Source of the DNA: Patescibacteria group bacterium
GTDB lineage: Bacteria > Patescibacteriota > Microgenomatia > UBA8517
Assembly: GCA_035260845.1 (NCBI GenBank)
Contig: DATFUL010000003.1
Span: 75,620 to 139,619 of the forward strand
Reading direction: 5' to 3'
Length of the DNA stretch: 64,000 nt
A program made the position numbers and the translations under genes. The notes below the pieces were generated by a model. That model saw only the letters and a program-made list of their open reading frames with translations, was not told the DNA's origin and searched no databases. Below, one piece after another: positions 30,919 through 41,157 of this stretch (its first letter is position 1; each line of letters starts with the position of its first letter).

Positions 30919-32369
30919 ATTTTCTTTTTTAAAACATAAATTGCAGCAACAATTATTGTACTCAAACTAATTATGTTACCGATTTTCCTAATAGGAGTAT
31001 CTTTAAAACTGGCGCCACTGGAGGGTATCAATCCATTTTCATCAGGAGTATTGTTCCAACCTGGGAAATAATTAATGTACTTTCCGTTCCCTGGTAAATT
31101 TGGTATTTTGTGTCCGAATTGCGGCCAATAATCTCCAATCGAAGCGGTTCTTTGGCGAGTCCATTCTGCACCAGTTGTAAAATATGAGTCACTTACTTTG
31201 TACCAAATATCTCCACGGAAAAATGATAAGTTAAAAACAATTGCCAATATCGCAACAATTAAACTAACTAAAACTTTTTGTTTTTCAAAAAATTGAAGGA
31301 TTGCACCACTTGATAACGCAAAACAAAATGTAGCTACTCCTAAAAACCTCCAAGGAAACTGAATATATGCCATGCCAGAGATATGAGTCCAAAGGAATGT
31401 TGATTTATTGTGAGTTAAGAAAATATAAAATATGCCAACTATAAACAAAGTCAGAAAAGTCATGTTTTTTGATATTTTATTCCTAATAACAATTGCTATG
31501 AGAATAACGAGTGGCAACAACCACTGAATAGTTCCAATCGAAAGGCTTAGTCCATCCCCAATACCCCATGTGGAACCGCCATAACCCCAAAATCTTGAAA
31601 TAAATATTTGATAAAGTGTTACAAAATGAGCCCTGAAATCAAAATATCCAGTAATTGTACTACCCAAATCAACATATTTAGACTCAAAAATAACCGGTAA
31701 AATATAAAAAGCAGAAATTAAAAATGAAACTACACCTGCCGGAATACTTTTCCAAAATCTTCTATAAATAATCCATATAATAAGTATCGGCAAAAACATA
31801 ACGAGAGATAAATTGTGAGTTAAGATTAAACCAGAAAGTAATATTGAAAACCAAATATATGATTTTTTCTCGATCGATAAAAGTATTAGTGGGAAAAAAA
31901 TAAACGAGAAGGCTTCGGGAAGGGCTCCACGTACCCAAACATCAACTGCACGGTATGGTGCATACAAATAGATTATTGAAGAGATAAAAGCAGAATAATT
32001 ATTTTTCCATATCTCTTTTGCTAAGAAAAACATGGAAACAGAAGAACCAAAAAGTGAAAGTATAAAAAGAAACTTAAGTGAGTTAATTATACTTCCACCA
32101 ACTAAATGATAAATTTCACCGATTGCGTATGGAAGTTGACCATAGAAATTAAAAAGAGGCTCTCCATAACCCAAACCTGCGTCTGGTGACCAACGGCAAG
32201 GAATTTGTAAATTTTGTATACATTTATCAAACTCATAAAGTCTAAAAAAATGAAAGTCCTGCATTGAATAAATTCCGGGTTGAAGCATCTTATAAAAAGT
32301 TGGGATAGACAATAGAAGAATTAAGACAACGAAAATATTTTTACTCAGAAAATTAGTTAGCTTTTGCAT
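30900..32369 (-). CDS. Polytopic membrane protein, family C (possibly YfhO/PTPS-related-like GT-C candidate), paralog 1
   Basis: TM1 then MQDFHFFRLYEFDKCIQNLQIPCRWSPDAGLGYGEPLFNFYGQLPY. Nearly the same motif occurs in 52406..54139. Confidence 0.55.
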   Translation of the reverse strand: MQKLTNFLSKNIFVVLILLLSIPTFYKMLQPGIYSMQDFHFFRLYEFDKCIQNLQIPCRWSPDAGLGYGEPLFNFYGQLPYAIGEIYHLVGGSIINSLKFLFILSLFGSSVSMFFLAKEIWKNNYSAFISSIIYLYAPYRAVDVWVRGALPEAFSFIFFPLILLSIEKKSYIWFSILLSGLILTHNLSLVMFLPILIIWIIYRRFWKSIPAGVVSFLISAFYILPVIFESKYVDLGSTITGYFDFRAHFVTLYQIFISRFWGYGGSTWGIGDGLSLSIGTIQWLLPLVILIAIVIRNKISKNMTFLTLFIVGIFYIFLTHNKSTFLWTHISGMAYIQFPWRFLGVATFCFALSSGAILQFFEKQKVLVSLIVAILAIVFNLSFFRGDIWYKVSDSYFTTGAEWTRQRTASIGDYWPQFGHKIPNLPGNGKYINYFPGWNNTPDENGLIPSSGASFKDTPIRKIGNIISLSTIIVAAIYVLKKKIWAERT

Positions 32370-34044
32370 AGGCTTTATTTAGGGGGTTAACTACATATAT
32401 AGATGGTGTTCCGTCCGGAAAATAAAATGTTTTAATGGCAACGATATTTTTAGGAAAATCGTCTGGGTGCCCAACCAATAGTGTATTTGGAAGATTCACA
32501 TCCGTCTTCCAATCAAAAGATCTAATTGTGTAGTTCGCAAGTGAATAACTTGGTAACTGGTCTAACCAAGAAAGACCAGATTTATCAAAATTCCAATTCT
32601 TTGTATTCTTTTGATAGTCGCTCGGTGGTAATTTGCTTGAAAATGCAATAAATATCTGGGGTTCAGACAAACTACGGCTCAAAATTACATTTCTTCCATT
32701 TGAGTTTTCATGAAGATAATTAGCCATATCTAAATTTCCATACAACATTTGACCATTTACGTTGTTTGGTTGAGGCTTAAAATAGTCACTTTTAAAGATA
32801 AATATTTGATAAATCGAGAATATACAAAAAACTAGTGTCGGCAAAACACTAAATTTTTTGCCTCGAAGAAATAAAGTCCATCCAATAAATCCAAATCCTT
32901 CAAGAATCTGAAGAACGGGAAGCATACCCTCTGCTCTATTGCCAGAATATCCAGTACCAGAAGCTAGCGCAGCAGGGAGTGGAGCAATTAGAAGCCAAAC
33001 AATTATTGGCAATAGAACCAGTCTTGATTTTTTGTTTAATAAAACTGGAATTAAACCAAATAAAAGTATTCCCTCAAATATATAAATTGTACCTACGTTT
33101 GCAACCATACCGTAATAAAATTCTGCTGCACCTTTTGTAAATAGAAATCTTGGAGAAAAATATTGAATATAATTAGTTGTAAAACGGTTTGCCACAACTT
33201 GATATTTATTATGCAATATTTTTGAAACGATTGGGTTTTTACCCATTTGGATAAGTTTTATTTTTGCTTCAGCACCTTCCTCAAGTGCACCTTGGGTAAT
33301 ACTTCTCTCAGATATCCTTGCCCCACCCCCTAGTGTAAAAGAGTAAGCAATTGCGATACAAAATATTATAAAAATAACTAGCGATAAAAATAATTTTCTA
33401 AACCCGATTCGTTTGAGATCTTTATAGAAAATCACAAAAAGTCCAATTATAACCAAAGGTGTAATCAGTTTCGCAGAATGATATGTAAACAGACTTATTC
33501 CAAAAAAAATCGCTGACCAAATAAAGAATTTTGAGTGTTTAAGTCCTTTTAGAAAGAAATAAATTCCTGCCGGAAGAAAGAGGGTTATTAAATTAGCTTC
33601 AAATGCACCCCTACTCATCATAACAGCCCATGGGTTAACAGCAAGGAGAAAAGCTGTAACTATTGCAGGACTAAAAGTATCATTAATTCCAAGATTATTT
33701 TTATATTTTTCAAATAATTCTTTTGTAAGAAGATATACAAATAATACAGCCAAAGTGCCTACAAGCACATTTGGAAAACGGGTAGCAAATACATTTAGAC
33801 CAAAGATTGCTATGAATGGAACATCTAAATACCCATACACTGGAGACTTATAGTCTCCGAATGACTTTAATACTATTGGCAATAAATTACCCCATTGATC
33901 GCGACCAGTATGGAGAATCGAATAAGCATCGTAGCCAAACGATGCCTCGTCAGCATTAAAACCAACGGGAAAGTTTGTAACTGAGGCCACACGAATCAAA
34001 AAAGATATTGCCAATACAATGCAAATTAATAACCTTTTCATCAC
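32353..34044 (-). CDS. GT-C ArnT/PMT-like membrane glycosyltransferase, family A paralog 4
   Basis: FNADEASFGYDAYSILHTGRDQWGNLLP...FGDYKSPVYGYL. Confidence 0.75.
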   Translation of the reverse strand: MMKRLLICIVLAISFLIRVASVTNFPVGFNADEASFGYDAYSILHTGRDQWGNLLPIVLKSFGDYKSPVYGYLDVPFIAIFGLNVFATRFPNVLVGTLAVLFVYLLTKELFEKYKNNLGINDTFSPAIVTAFLLAVNPWAVMMSRGAFEANLITLFLPAGIYFFLKGLKHSKFFIWSAIFFGISLFTYHSAKLITPLVIIGLFVIFYKDLKRIGFRKLFLSLVIFIIFCIAIAYSFTLGGGARISERSITQGALEEGAEAKIKLIQMGKNPIVSKILHNKYQVVANRFTTNYIQYFSPRFLFTKGAAEFYYGMVANVGTIYIFEGILLFGLIPVLLNKKSRLVLLPIIVWLLIAPLPAALASGTGYSGNRAEGMLPVLQILEGFGFIGWTLFLRGKKFSVLPTLVFCIFSIYQIFIFKSDYFKPQPNNVNGQMLYGNLDMANYLHENSNGRNVILSRSLSEPQIFIAFSSKLPPSDYQKNTKNWNFDKSGLSWLDQLPSYSLANYTIRSFDWKTDVNLPNTLLVGHPDDFPKNIVAIKTFYFPDGTPSIYVVNPLNKAYAKAN

Positions 34045-34089
34045 TATCTGATTGTATCATCTGCTGATCCTAATTGTTAAAATATAGAT

Positions 34090-34674
34090 ATGAATTATTT
34101 TAAAAAAATAGTAATTGTATTTTGTATTATTCTTTGGCCTCTAAATTTATTATTAAACTTCAAAGGCAACACCTCATTTGAGACGATTTTTACCAATGAT
34201 TACCAAGGAGAACAGTTAATTCTTAGAAACATACACCTCTATCCGACTATTGCTCTCGCAAGGGTTTTTCAAAACAAACCGAGAATTTATATTTATAAGT
34301 TTTTTAATAATTTGTTTATATTAACTGATCCTAATAATTATTTTTTCGGACTTCATCCGGAACCAATTCCGGGACAAAACAATATTTTCAAATATCAATT
34401 CGTCGCAATTGTATTTTTTGCGTATGGCATATTTAGTATTTCAAAGTACAAATATAAAAATATAATTCTATTCACTTTTATTCCTTTTGTATTATTTCTA
34501 TCAATTTTAAAAAACTTCTACGGATTAGACCTAATTTTGTGGATCCCAATTTCTTTGACAATAGGCAACGGTGTAACACAGATGATGATTGATAATAAAA
34601 AATTGTTCACAGTTACATCAATACTGCTTATCGTATTTGCAGTTCCTGAATTAATAAGGAGTTTTATAAGGTAA
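34090..34674 (+). CDS. Hypothetical small membrane protein of 194 aa
   Basis: ORF with 4-5 hydrophobic segments, divergent from 32353..34044. No family was recognised. Confidence 0.4.
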   Translation: MNYFKKIVIVFCIILWPLNLLLNFKGNTSFETIFTNDYQGEQLILRNIHLYPTIALARVFQNKPRIYIYKFFNNLFILTDPNNYFFGLHPEPIPGQNNIFKYQFVAIVFFAYGIFSISKYKYKNIILFTFIPFVLFLSILKNFYGLDLILWIPISLTIGNGVTQMMIDNKKLFTVTSILLIVFAVPELIRSFIR

Positions 34675-34692
34675 ACAGATCTTGGCAAAATT

Positions 34693-36444
34693 ATGAATTT
34701 TATGAAAAAATATCTTTCCTACATTTTACTTGGGTTGATAGTCTTAATTGCTGTAGTTTTGCGACTTTACAAGCTTGGCGAAGCTCCTGCTGGCTTATAT
34801 GTTGACGAGGCCGGACAGGGGTATAGTGCTTATTCGATCCTAAAAACGGGAAGGGATGAATTTGGAAAATCGTTCCCGATTGTTTTCCGGTCATTAACAG
34901 ATTTTAAAACTCCTGTTTATATTTATCTTATTGTTCCTTTAATTCCCTTATTCGGACTTACTCCATTTACTGTTAGGCTGCCGTCTTTTATTTTTAGTAT
35001 CCTTACAATTCCGGTTTTATTTTTCTTGATAAAACGATTATTTAAAGATAAACAAAGTTTGGCCAAATCAAAATTTGGTGAAAAACTTGCATTATTGTCC
35101 TGTTTTCTACTTGCCATAAGCCCTTGGCACATTTTATTTGGCCGTACAAATTTTGAATGCAATGTAGCCTTATTCTTCTTCCTTTCTGGAGTCTTGTTTT
35201 TTTACAAAGGCTTAGAAAAACCAAAAACATTAATTTTGTCTGCCTTAATGTTTGGGATTGCGATTCCTGCATATCATTCGCAAAGAATAATAACACCGCT
35301 TATAATGACCATCCTTTTTATAAAATTTAGGAAAATATTGTTAGACAAAATCCACAAGAAGTATTTAATCTATTCAATCATTCTTGGTTTTGTTATCACT
35401 TTGCCAACATTGTCTGTAATATCTACACCAGGTTTCTTGGCACGTGCAACAGGACTTAATATATTTTCACATCTTCATCAAATGCCTGATGGGTTTATTG
35501 CAAGTTATAAAGGGATTTTAAGTCCAATTGTTAATGGTTCTTGGTTTTTAACAACTCGGGAATTTTTTTCACTTTACTTTTCTTATTTGTCACCGCGTTA
35601 TATGTTTCTTCTTGGAGATTCTGGACCAAGAAGTTCTTTCCCTGAACTTTCAACATTTTTCCTATGGCAATTCCCTTTTTATATTTATGGAATTTGGATT
35701 TTATTGACTAAAAAAAATATTAGCGATCTTAAATTTCTTACGATAGCATTATTAATTGCATCTCCAATTCCTGCTGCGGTTACTCGTGACCCATATACAA
35801 CAATCAGATCTCTACCTTTAGTAATTCCTCAGTTAATTGTAATCTCACTTGGAATCTTGGAAATATACTCAAAGTTAAAAATCGGTTTTGTTAAAAAAAC
35901 CTCTCTTCTGCTGTTTTATGCGGTAGTCATTTATTCTATTTGTAAACTTTACAGTTCTGTTATTGTTCTGAATGAATATTACCGGGCCAAGGCGTGGGAC
36001 TATGGATGGCAACAGGTTACCAGTATTATCCAAGGGCTTAATACTGATTTACCAATAGTCACAGATAACGCAAGAAGCGATGCTTATCCGCAAATTGCCT
36101 TTTACTTAAAATACGACCCTCTTAAATTCCAAAAAGAAAATTTCGAAGTGCCGACAAATGAATATTATACGAATCTTTACCATAATTCAGAAAAGCATAT
36201 TGGAAAGATTGTTACCCGACCAATAAACTGGGAAAAGGATTTGTTGGTTGATCAATATTTAATTGCTGACGAACTTGGAATATCGCTGCAACAGATAAAG
36301 ACTCACAAACTGATTCTCATTTCGGAAGTTAAATATCCAGATGGAGCAACAGCATATAGAATAGTGCGAACTAATCCAGAATTTACAAAAGAGGAACAAA
36401 GATTATTTAATTCCAGAAAACAAGTAGAACGCGGGTTCCCCTGA
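34693..36444 (+). CDS. GT-C ArnT/PMT-like membrane glycosyltransferase, family A paralog 5
   Basis: LYVDEAGQGYSAYSILKTGRDEFGKSFP...LTDFKTPVYIYL. Confidence 0.75.
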   Translation: MNFMKKYLSYILLGLIVLIAVVLRLYKLGEAPAGLYVDEAGQGYSAYSILKTGRDEFGKSFPIVFRSLTDFKTPVYIYLIVPLIPLFGLTPFTVRLPSFIFSILTIPVLFFLIKRLFKDKQSLAKSKFGEKLALLSCFLLAISPWHILFGRTNFECNVALFFFLSGVLFFYKGLEKPKTLILSALMFGIAIPAYHSQRIITPLIMTILFIKFRKILLDKIHKKYLIYSIILGFVITLPTLSVISTPGFLARATGLNIFSHLHQMPDGFIASYKGILSPIVNGSWFLTTREFFSLYFSYLSPRYMFLLGDSGPRSSFPELSTFFLWQFPFYIYGIWILLTKKNISDLKFLTIALLIASPIPAAVTRDPYTTIRSLPLVIPQLIVISLGILEIYSKLKIGFVKKTSLLLFYAVVIYSICKLYSSVIVLNEYYRAKAWDYGWQQVTSIIQGLNTDLPIVTDNARSDAYPQIAFYLKYDPLKFQKENFEVPTNEYYTNLYHNSEKHIGKIVTRPINWEKDLLVDQYLIADELGISLQQIKTHKLILISEVKYPDGATAYRIVRTNPEFTKEEQRLFNSRKQVERGFP

Positions 36445-38079
36445 AGGAAACGGAATTGATTTAATTAGTTTTAGACCCTCTGGTGTTTTATCCGGGTGCA
36501 ATATCAAATTTTCCCCATCTTCACTAGCGTTGGCTAAGTATAAAGTTTTTGAGTCAATATATTTTCCGAGTCCGTATATTTTAACATTTGGGTCAGGTGA
36601 CCCAAAATAAAACTTACCTGTGTGGGATATCTTTCCAAAACCTGAAACTTCTATGTCGTTTCCGATTGGAAATTCTTTCTGCCAAATAGTTGGATTGTAT
36701 TCATAGTGTCCAGCGAAGAATATCCAAGCAGGTTCACCACTCATAGAGATAATTACACGGTCGTAACTTGAATCAATAGATTTAACTTCACTAATTGCCT
36801 GCCCCCAACCATAATGCCACCAATGTTCACTATTTATTGGATAAACAAGATAATATTCATGAAAGTAAAAAACCATGGACAGAATGTAAAGCGATGATGC
36901 GACAACTATAAAAAATGTTTTATATTTTTGAGAAATAATTTTGTAAATTGAAAGCCACCCAAAGGATATAAAAAATATTAAAACAGGCAAAATTAATATT
37001 AAACGTGTGGCGTGTGTGCCACCGCCAATTGTTAGTGCCGAGGGAAACGCTCCAACCAAAAGCCAAAAAGACATTAACAATTTAGTTTTAGTATTAATAT
37101 TCTTTTCAAAAAAGAAAAATGCCAAACCGAGAAGCAATGGAACTATCTCTATTAAATACAATTCACCAGTTCCGATAGATTGACGTAAATTTGCATCTCC
37201 TTTCAAAAACAAGAAGTCTGTAGAAAATGATCCAAAATAATTATTCAAAATTTCGCTACCCCAATATGTGTATTTATTATAAATAAATTTATTGTTATCT
37301 ATCTTTCTACCTTCTCCAACTGTTTGTTCCATTTTTGAATCATTAAAAACACTAATGTCGTTTATTCTTTGCGTTCCACCTCCAAAAACAGTACTGGTTG
37401 CAATTGGAACTCCAATAATTAACCCAGCAATTAAGACAAAAACAAGTTCGCGCTTAGCCATTCTTAATATTTTTTTCCTGTAAAGAACAAATAAGAATAT
37501 TAAAAGAAGGGGTGTAAATAATTTTGCGGTTGAATACACCCAAGGCATAAGGACTAGTAATGCAACAGAAAGCCAAAGCCTTTTTGAAGTATCTAAAGAT
37601 TTAATAAATAAATAAAGCCCCAGGATCAGCAAAAATAGCATTTCGGTTACTTCAAAACCAGCTCTTGAGTATTGAATTAACCATGGTGAAACCGCTAATA
37701 AAAATGCAGAGACCAAACTAAGATTTTTGTTTTTTGTTAATTGATTTACGAGTAAATACATTGCATATACAATCAAGGTTCCAAAAATCGCAGCAGGTAA
37801 TCTAACACCTAATGGCGTAATACCAAAGATGGCCACAGTTGGAACAGCAGAGTATAAATAAAGCGGAGTTCGCCATTCAGCAAGTGAATGAAAATGAACT
37901 GGCATAAAATTTCCCATATAGTCTCTACCTGTATGAAGAATTGAATATGCCTGGTAGCCCAGATCGAGTTCGTCGCCAAAAAGTGATGGTGGATTAACAG
38001 ACAACCTATATAAACGGAGAATTGAAGCAAGAAGAATTATGGCAATAAGTAAAAATTTAGCGGTTAAAATCTTTCTCAT
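36403..38079 (-). CDS. GT-C ArnT/PMT-like membrane glycosyltransferase, family A paralog 6
   Basis: LFGDELDLGYQAYSILHTGRDYMGNFMP...LAEWRTPLYLYS. Its 3' end overlaps 34693..36444 convergently by 42 nt. Confidence 0.7.
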   Translation of the reverse strand: MRKILTAKFLLIAIILLASILRLYRLSVNPPSLFGDELDLGYQAYSILHTGRDYMGNFMPVHFHSLAEWRTPLYLYSAVPTVAIFGITPLGVRLPAAIFGTLIVYAMYLLVNQLTKNKNLSLVSAFLLAVSPWLIQYSRAGFEVTEMLFLLILGLYLFIKSLDTSKRLWLSVALLVLMPWVYSTAKLFTPLLLIFLFVLYRKKILRMAKRELVFVLIAGLIIGVPIATSTVFGGGTQRINDISVFNDSKMEQTVGEGRKIDNNKFIYNKYTYWGSEILNNYFGSFSTDFLFLKGDANLRQSIGTGELYLIEIVPLLLGLAFFFFEKNINTKTKLLMSFWLLVGAFPSALTIGGGTHATRLILILPVLIFFISFGWLSIYKIISQKYKTFFIVVASSLYILSMVFYFHEYYLVYPINSEHWWHYGWGQAISEVKSIDSSYDRVIISMSGEPAWIFFAGHYEYNPTIWQKEFPIGNDIEVSGFGKISHTGKFYFGSPDPNVKIYGLGKYIDSKTLYLANASEDGENLILHPDKTPEGLKLIKSIPFPSGEPAFYLFSGIK

Positions 38080-38113
38080 TACGTTTAGTTTAACATTTTT
38101 AAAATAAATTTGG

Positions 38114-39448
38114 TTGTATACTACAAATGTGATTTTATTTGTACCTATATTTCTATTTTTAGCCGAGTTGTTTTGGCAAATATATGTTAACTACCCTCCC
38201 ACCTCTGAGCAACTTAATTTTGGTGTTACAAACTATATATTACTTTGGTCATTAAGAATTATTAGTTTTATATTTATTATTGGCACATCATTCTTCCTGT
38301 CAAAAAAGCTAAGAACAAGAATAAAATCTTATTATTTTATTCTGATTCTAATATGCCCATGCATATCCTTGATTTGGATGTCGTACCCCTTAGATGCCTT
38401 AAAATTATTTATAATTTCAGGGATATTTTATTTTTTAACTAGAAAAAACCATAACTATTATTTCGCAGTTATAATAACCACCATCGCCATATTAAGTCTA
38501 AATCTCGGATTTTTTAATCAGAATCCAAATATTTTAAAAATCGTCTCGTTGAAACAACCCCAAAGTGAAGTTAATTTTCGTTTTCTTATTGAGGATAATT
38601 TAAATCCTAATATATCAGTTCCTAAGACTTTAAAAAGATTGGTTTACAATAAAATATTTTTTGCCTTAAGAGATTCTGTAAACGAATCATTAACCTTTTT
38701 TGATTTTGAGACGCTTTTTTTTCAAGAAATACACCCATTGGGACAAAAGGCCTTTGTAATATTCTTTTGGCCTGAAATTGTAATTTTTTGTCTCAGCCTT
38801 TGGCTGGTTATGACTAAAAAGATCTCCTCAAAAAAGGAATTTTTATCAATTTTATTGATATCTTTTATTTATTTTATAACTACCAACGTGTCGACTGAGA
38901 GAAGGTTGATCTTTAGCCTATTCCCGCTTTCTATTATTATGGCGGAATGCATAAACCAGTTTTTGAAAAGCCGTTCCAAAAAAACAAAGTATGGGATTAT
39001 ATTTCTAATTTTATTAACTTCTTATGGATGGCTAACTAATTATTATGATAGATTTGTAAGGCCTAATTTTTGGCTTGATAATCGTCCTATTGCATATAAT
39101 TTTTTTCTATCTTATTTAAAAACACAAACTTTAAACTATAGTCAAATTATTGTATCTGAAAACCTCAGTGAATCTAAAAAATACTGTCTCTTTTACCTCA
39201 AAGATTGTAGTTTATTAAAAACTGACAATTTTGATTTAAGTAAAAATAGACCAAATAGGGGGGTTTTATATATTGGTTTCACAGGTAACTTCCTTGGCCA
39301 AAACTCGGAAAATTCATTCCCACAGGATGCAAATGAAGAAATAAAGAAAAGAGAATTAGAAATACTCAAAAAAACCCATATTCTTGATAATATTGCAAAC
39401 AAGTACGGACAGGAACTTTTTATAGTACAAACTAAAGATAAACAATGA
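38114..39448 (+). CDS. Uncharacterised polytopic membrane protein of 444 aa
   Basis: Hydrophobic N-terminal two-thirds and a soluble C-terminal third. It overlaps the next gene by 4 nt (ATGA). Confidence 0.45.
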   Translation: MYTTNVILFVPIFLFLAELFWQIYVNYPPTSEQLNFGVTNYILLWSLRIISFIFIIGTSFFLSKKLRTRIKSYYFILILICPCISLIWMSYPLDALKLFIISGIFYFLTRKNHNYYFAVIITTIAILSLNLGFFNQNPNILKIVSLKQPQSEVNFRFLIEDNLNPNISVPKTLKRLVYNKIFFALRDSVNESLTFFDFETLFFQEIHPLGQKAFVIFFWPEIVIFCLSLWLVMTKKISSKKEFLSILLISFIYFITTNVSTERRLIFSLFPLSIIMAECINQFLKSRSKKTKYGIIFLILLTSYGWLTNYYDRFVRPNFWLDNRPIAYNFFLSYLKTQTLNYSQIIVSENLSESKKYCLFYLKDCSLLKTDNFDLSKNRPNRGVLYIGFTGNFLGQNSENSFPQDANEEIKKRELEILKKTHILDNIANKYGQELFIVQTKDKQ

Positions 39449-41121
39449 AAAGGCTGATATTTATAATATTAATAATTATTTGGATAGTTGGACTGCTACT
39501 TACACGACTTGTTGGCCTTGAAAAATCACCCATCTCAGTTGGTTTTGATGAGGCCTCTCTGGGATACAATGCATATAGCCTATTATTAACAGGGAAAGAT
39601 GAATACGGAACGAGTTACCCATTAAGCCTTAGATCTTTTAATGACTTTAAACCGGCACTCTACTCATACCTGGATATTCCATTTATTCATTTTTTTGGCT
39701 TAAACCAGACAACAGTTAGAACCCCTTCAGCAATTTTTGGAACATTGTCCTTGGTGTTTCTACTTTTAATTTTTATGAAGCTATCAAAAAGGTCTACCCT
39801 TGTTTGTGTCATTATTTTAACCATAATCTCATTCTTTCCATGGCGTCTTCACTTCTCGCGCGTAGCATTTGAGGCAAACATATCAATGGCTTTCTTTACC
39901 GGAGTAATATGGTGTTTATTAAATTTTAAGAAGAACTTATTTTACAAAGTGAGTACAATCCTTTTTTCAGTACTTGCGATATATAGTTATCATTCGGCTA
40001 GACTTTCTATTCCGATTCTACTTCTTCTGTTTTTCATTGATCCCTTCTCTTTTAATTTTAAGGTGTTTTTGAAACATCCTTTTGAAATAATTAAAAAATT
40101 ATGGCCTCTTTTTGTTGTAATAATACTTTACCTGCCGCTTTTTCTGGAATTTCATACCTCACTCCTACTCACAAGGTTTAGCCAGACGAATGTCTTTAGT
40201 CACTATTATCCGTTTACTCCTCATGAGCTAATTTATACGTCAAATGTTTGGTTAAATTCGCTCGGAAATCCCCTATACTATCTCGGTGGTATTTTAGTGG
40301 GACATATTACAGCCTATTTTTCACCAAAAAACCTTTCACTATTAATTTATCCAGGTGTAATAAAATCAGCTCAAGCAATAAGTGAAAGTGGAATGTTGGG
40401 TTTTTTTGGAGGACTCATGTTTGCGATAGGGCTTGTTTCTACATTTAGAGAATTTATACAGAACAAAGAAAAAAGAATTATAATTTATTGGATTTTGTCA
40501 GGTATCATTCCGGCCGCTGTTACATGGGAATGGTTTTACCCCCTAAGATCATTGAATATATACCCCTCTGTTGATCTAATTGCAGGTTTTGGTTTGTTAA
40601 CTGTTGCTAATTACTTTTCAAGAAATAGGAATATGGTGCTCAAAAATGTGTATTTTTGTATATTTTTATTAATTGCTTTTGGAACATCGTTTTATAACAT
40701 AATAAACGAGTTTAATTACGGAGCTTGGAATACCAGTGGTGAGTTTCAGCCTGGAGGTTTTAAAGAAGGTGTGCCTATATTGATATCTCTTAAGAGTGGT
40801 TATAAAACAATATATTTAGATACTAATCAGGCACAGAGTTACGAGATTTTTTGGTTTTATATGAAATATCCGCCCAAGAATATACAGAAAATTGCTTATA
40901 GAAGAAATGTGCCAGGAATTGAAGGTCCTCCTAGTATAAACTTTGATAATTTTGTGTATAAAAAATTTGATTGGCCAAATGATAAATATAAAAGTGATTT
41001 TATATACTGGACTACATCAGAAGTGAAAGAAGATGAAATCAAATCAATCAAGGGTGCAAAACTTTACAAAATATTAAACCCTGAAGGAAATTGGATTGCT
41101 TCAATAATCACCAAAAAATAA
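39445..41121 (+). CDS. GT-C ArnT/PMT-like membrane glycosyltransferase, family A paralog 7
   Basis: VGFDEASLGYNAYSLLLTGKDEYGTSYP...FNDFKPALYSYL. Confidence 0.75.
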   Translation: MKRLIFIILIIIWIVGLLLTRLVGLEKSPISVGFDEASLGYNAYSLLLTGKDEYGTSYPLSLRSFNDFKPALYSYLDIPFIHFFGLNQTTVRTPSAIFGTLSLVFLLLIFMKLSKRSTLVCVIILTIISFFPWRLHFSRVAFEANISMAFFTGVIWCLLNFKKNLFYKVSTILFSVLAIYSYHSARLSIPILLLLFFIDPFSFNFKVFLKHPFEIIKKLWPLFVVIILYLPLFLEFHTSLLLTRFSQTNVFSHYYPFTPHELIYTSNVWLNSLGNPLYYLGGILVGHITAYFSPKNLSLLIYPGVIKSAQAISESGMLGFFGGLMFAIGLVSTFREFIQNKEKRIIIYWILSGIIPAAVTWEWFYPLRSLNIYPSVDLIAGFGLLTVANYFSRNRNMVLKNVYFCIFLLIAFGTSFYNIINEFNYGAWNTSGEFQPGGFKEGVPILISLKSGYKTIYLDTNQAQSYEIFWFYMKYPPKNIQKIAYRRNVPGIEGPPSINFDNFVYKKFDWPNDKYKSDFIYWTTSEVKEDEIKSIKGAKLYKILNPEGNWIASIITKK

Positions 41122-41157
41122 TTGTATAAAAAGCCTAAATCTGCTATTGTTTCGTTA

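Noticed and set aside
34045-34089. Possible divergent promoter (TTGTAT ... TAAAAT) upstream of 34090
   Set aside because: The spacer is 20 bp, outside the usual 16-19 bp range. The similarity is too weak to call.
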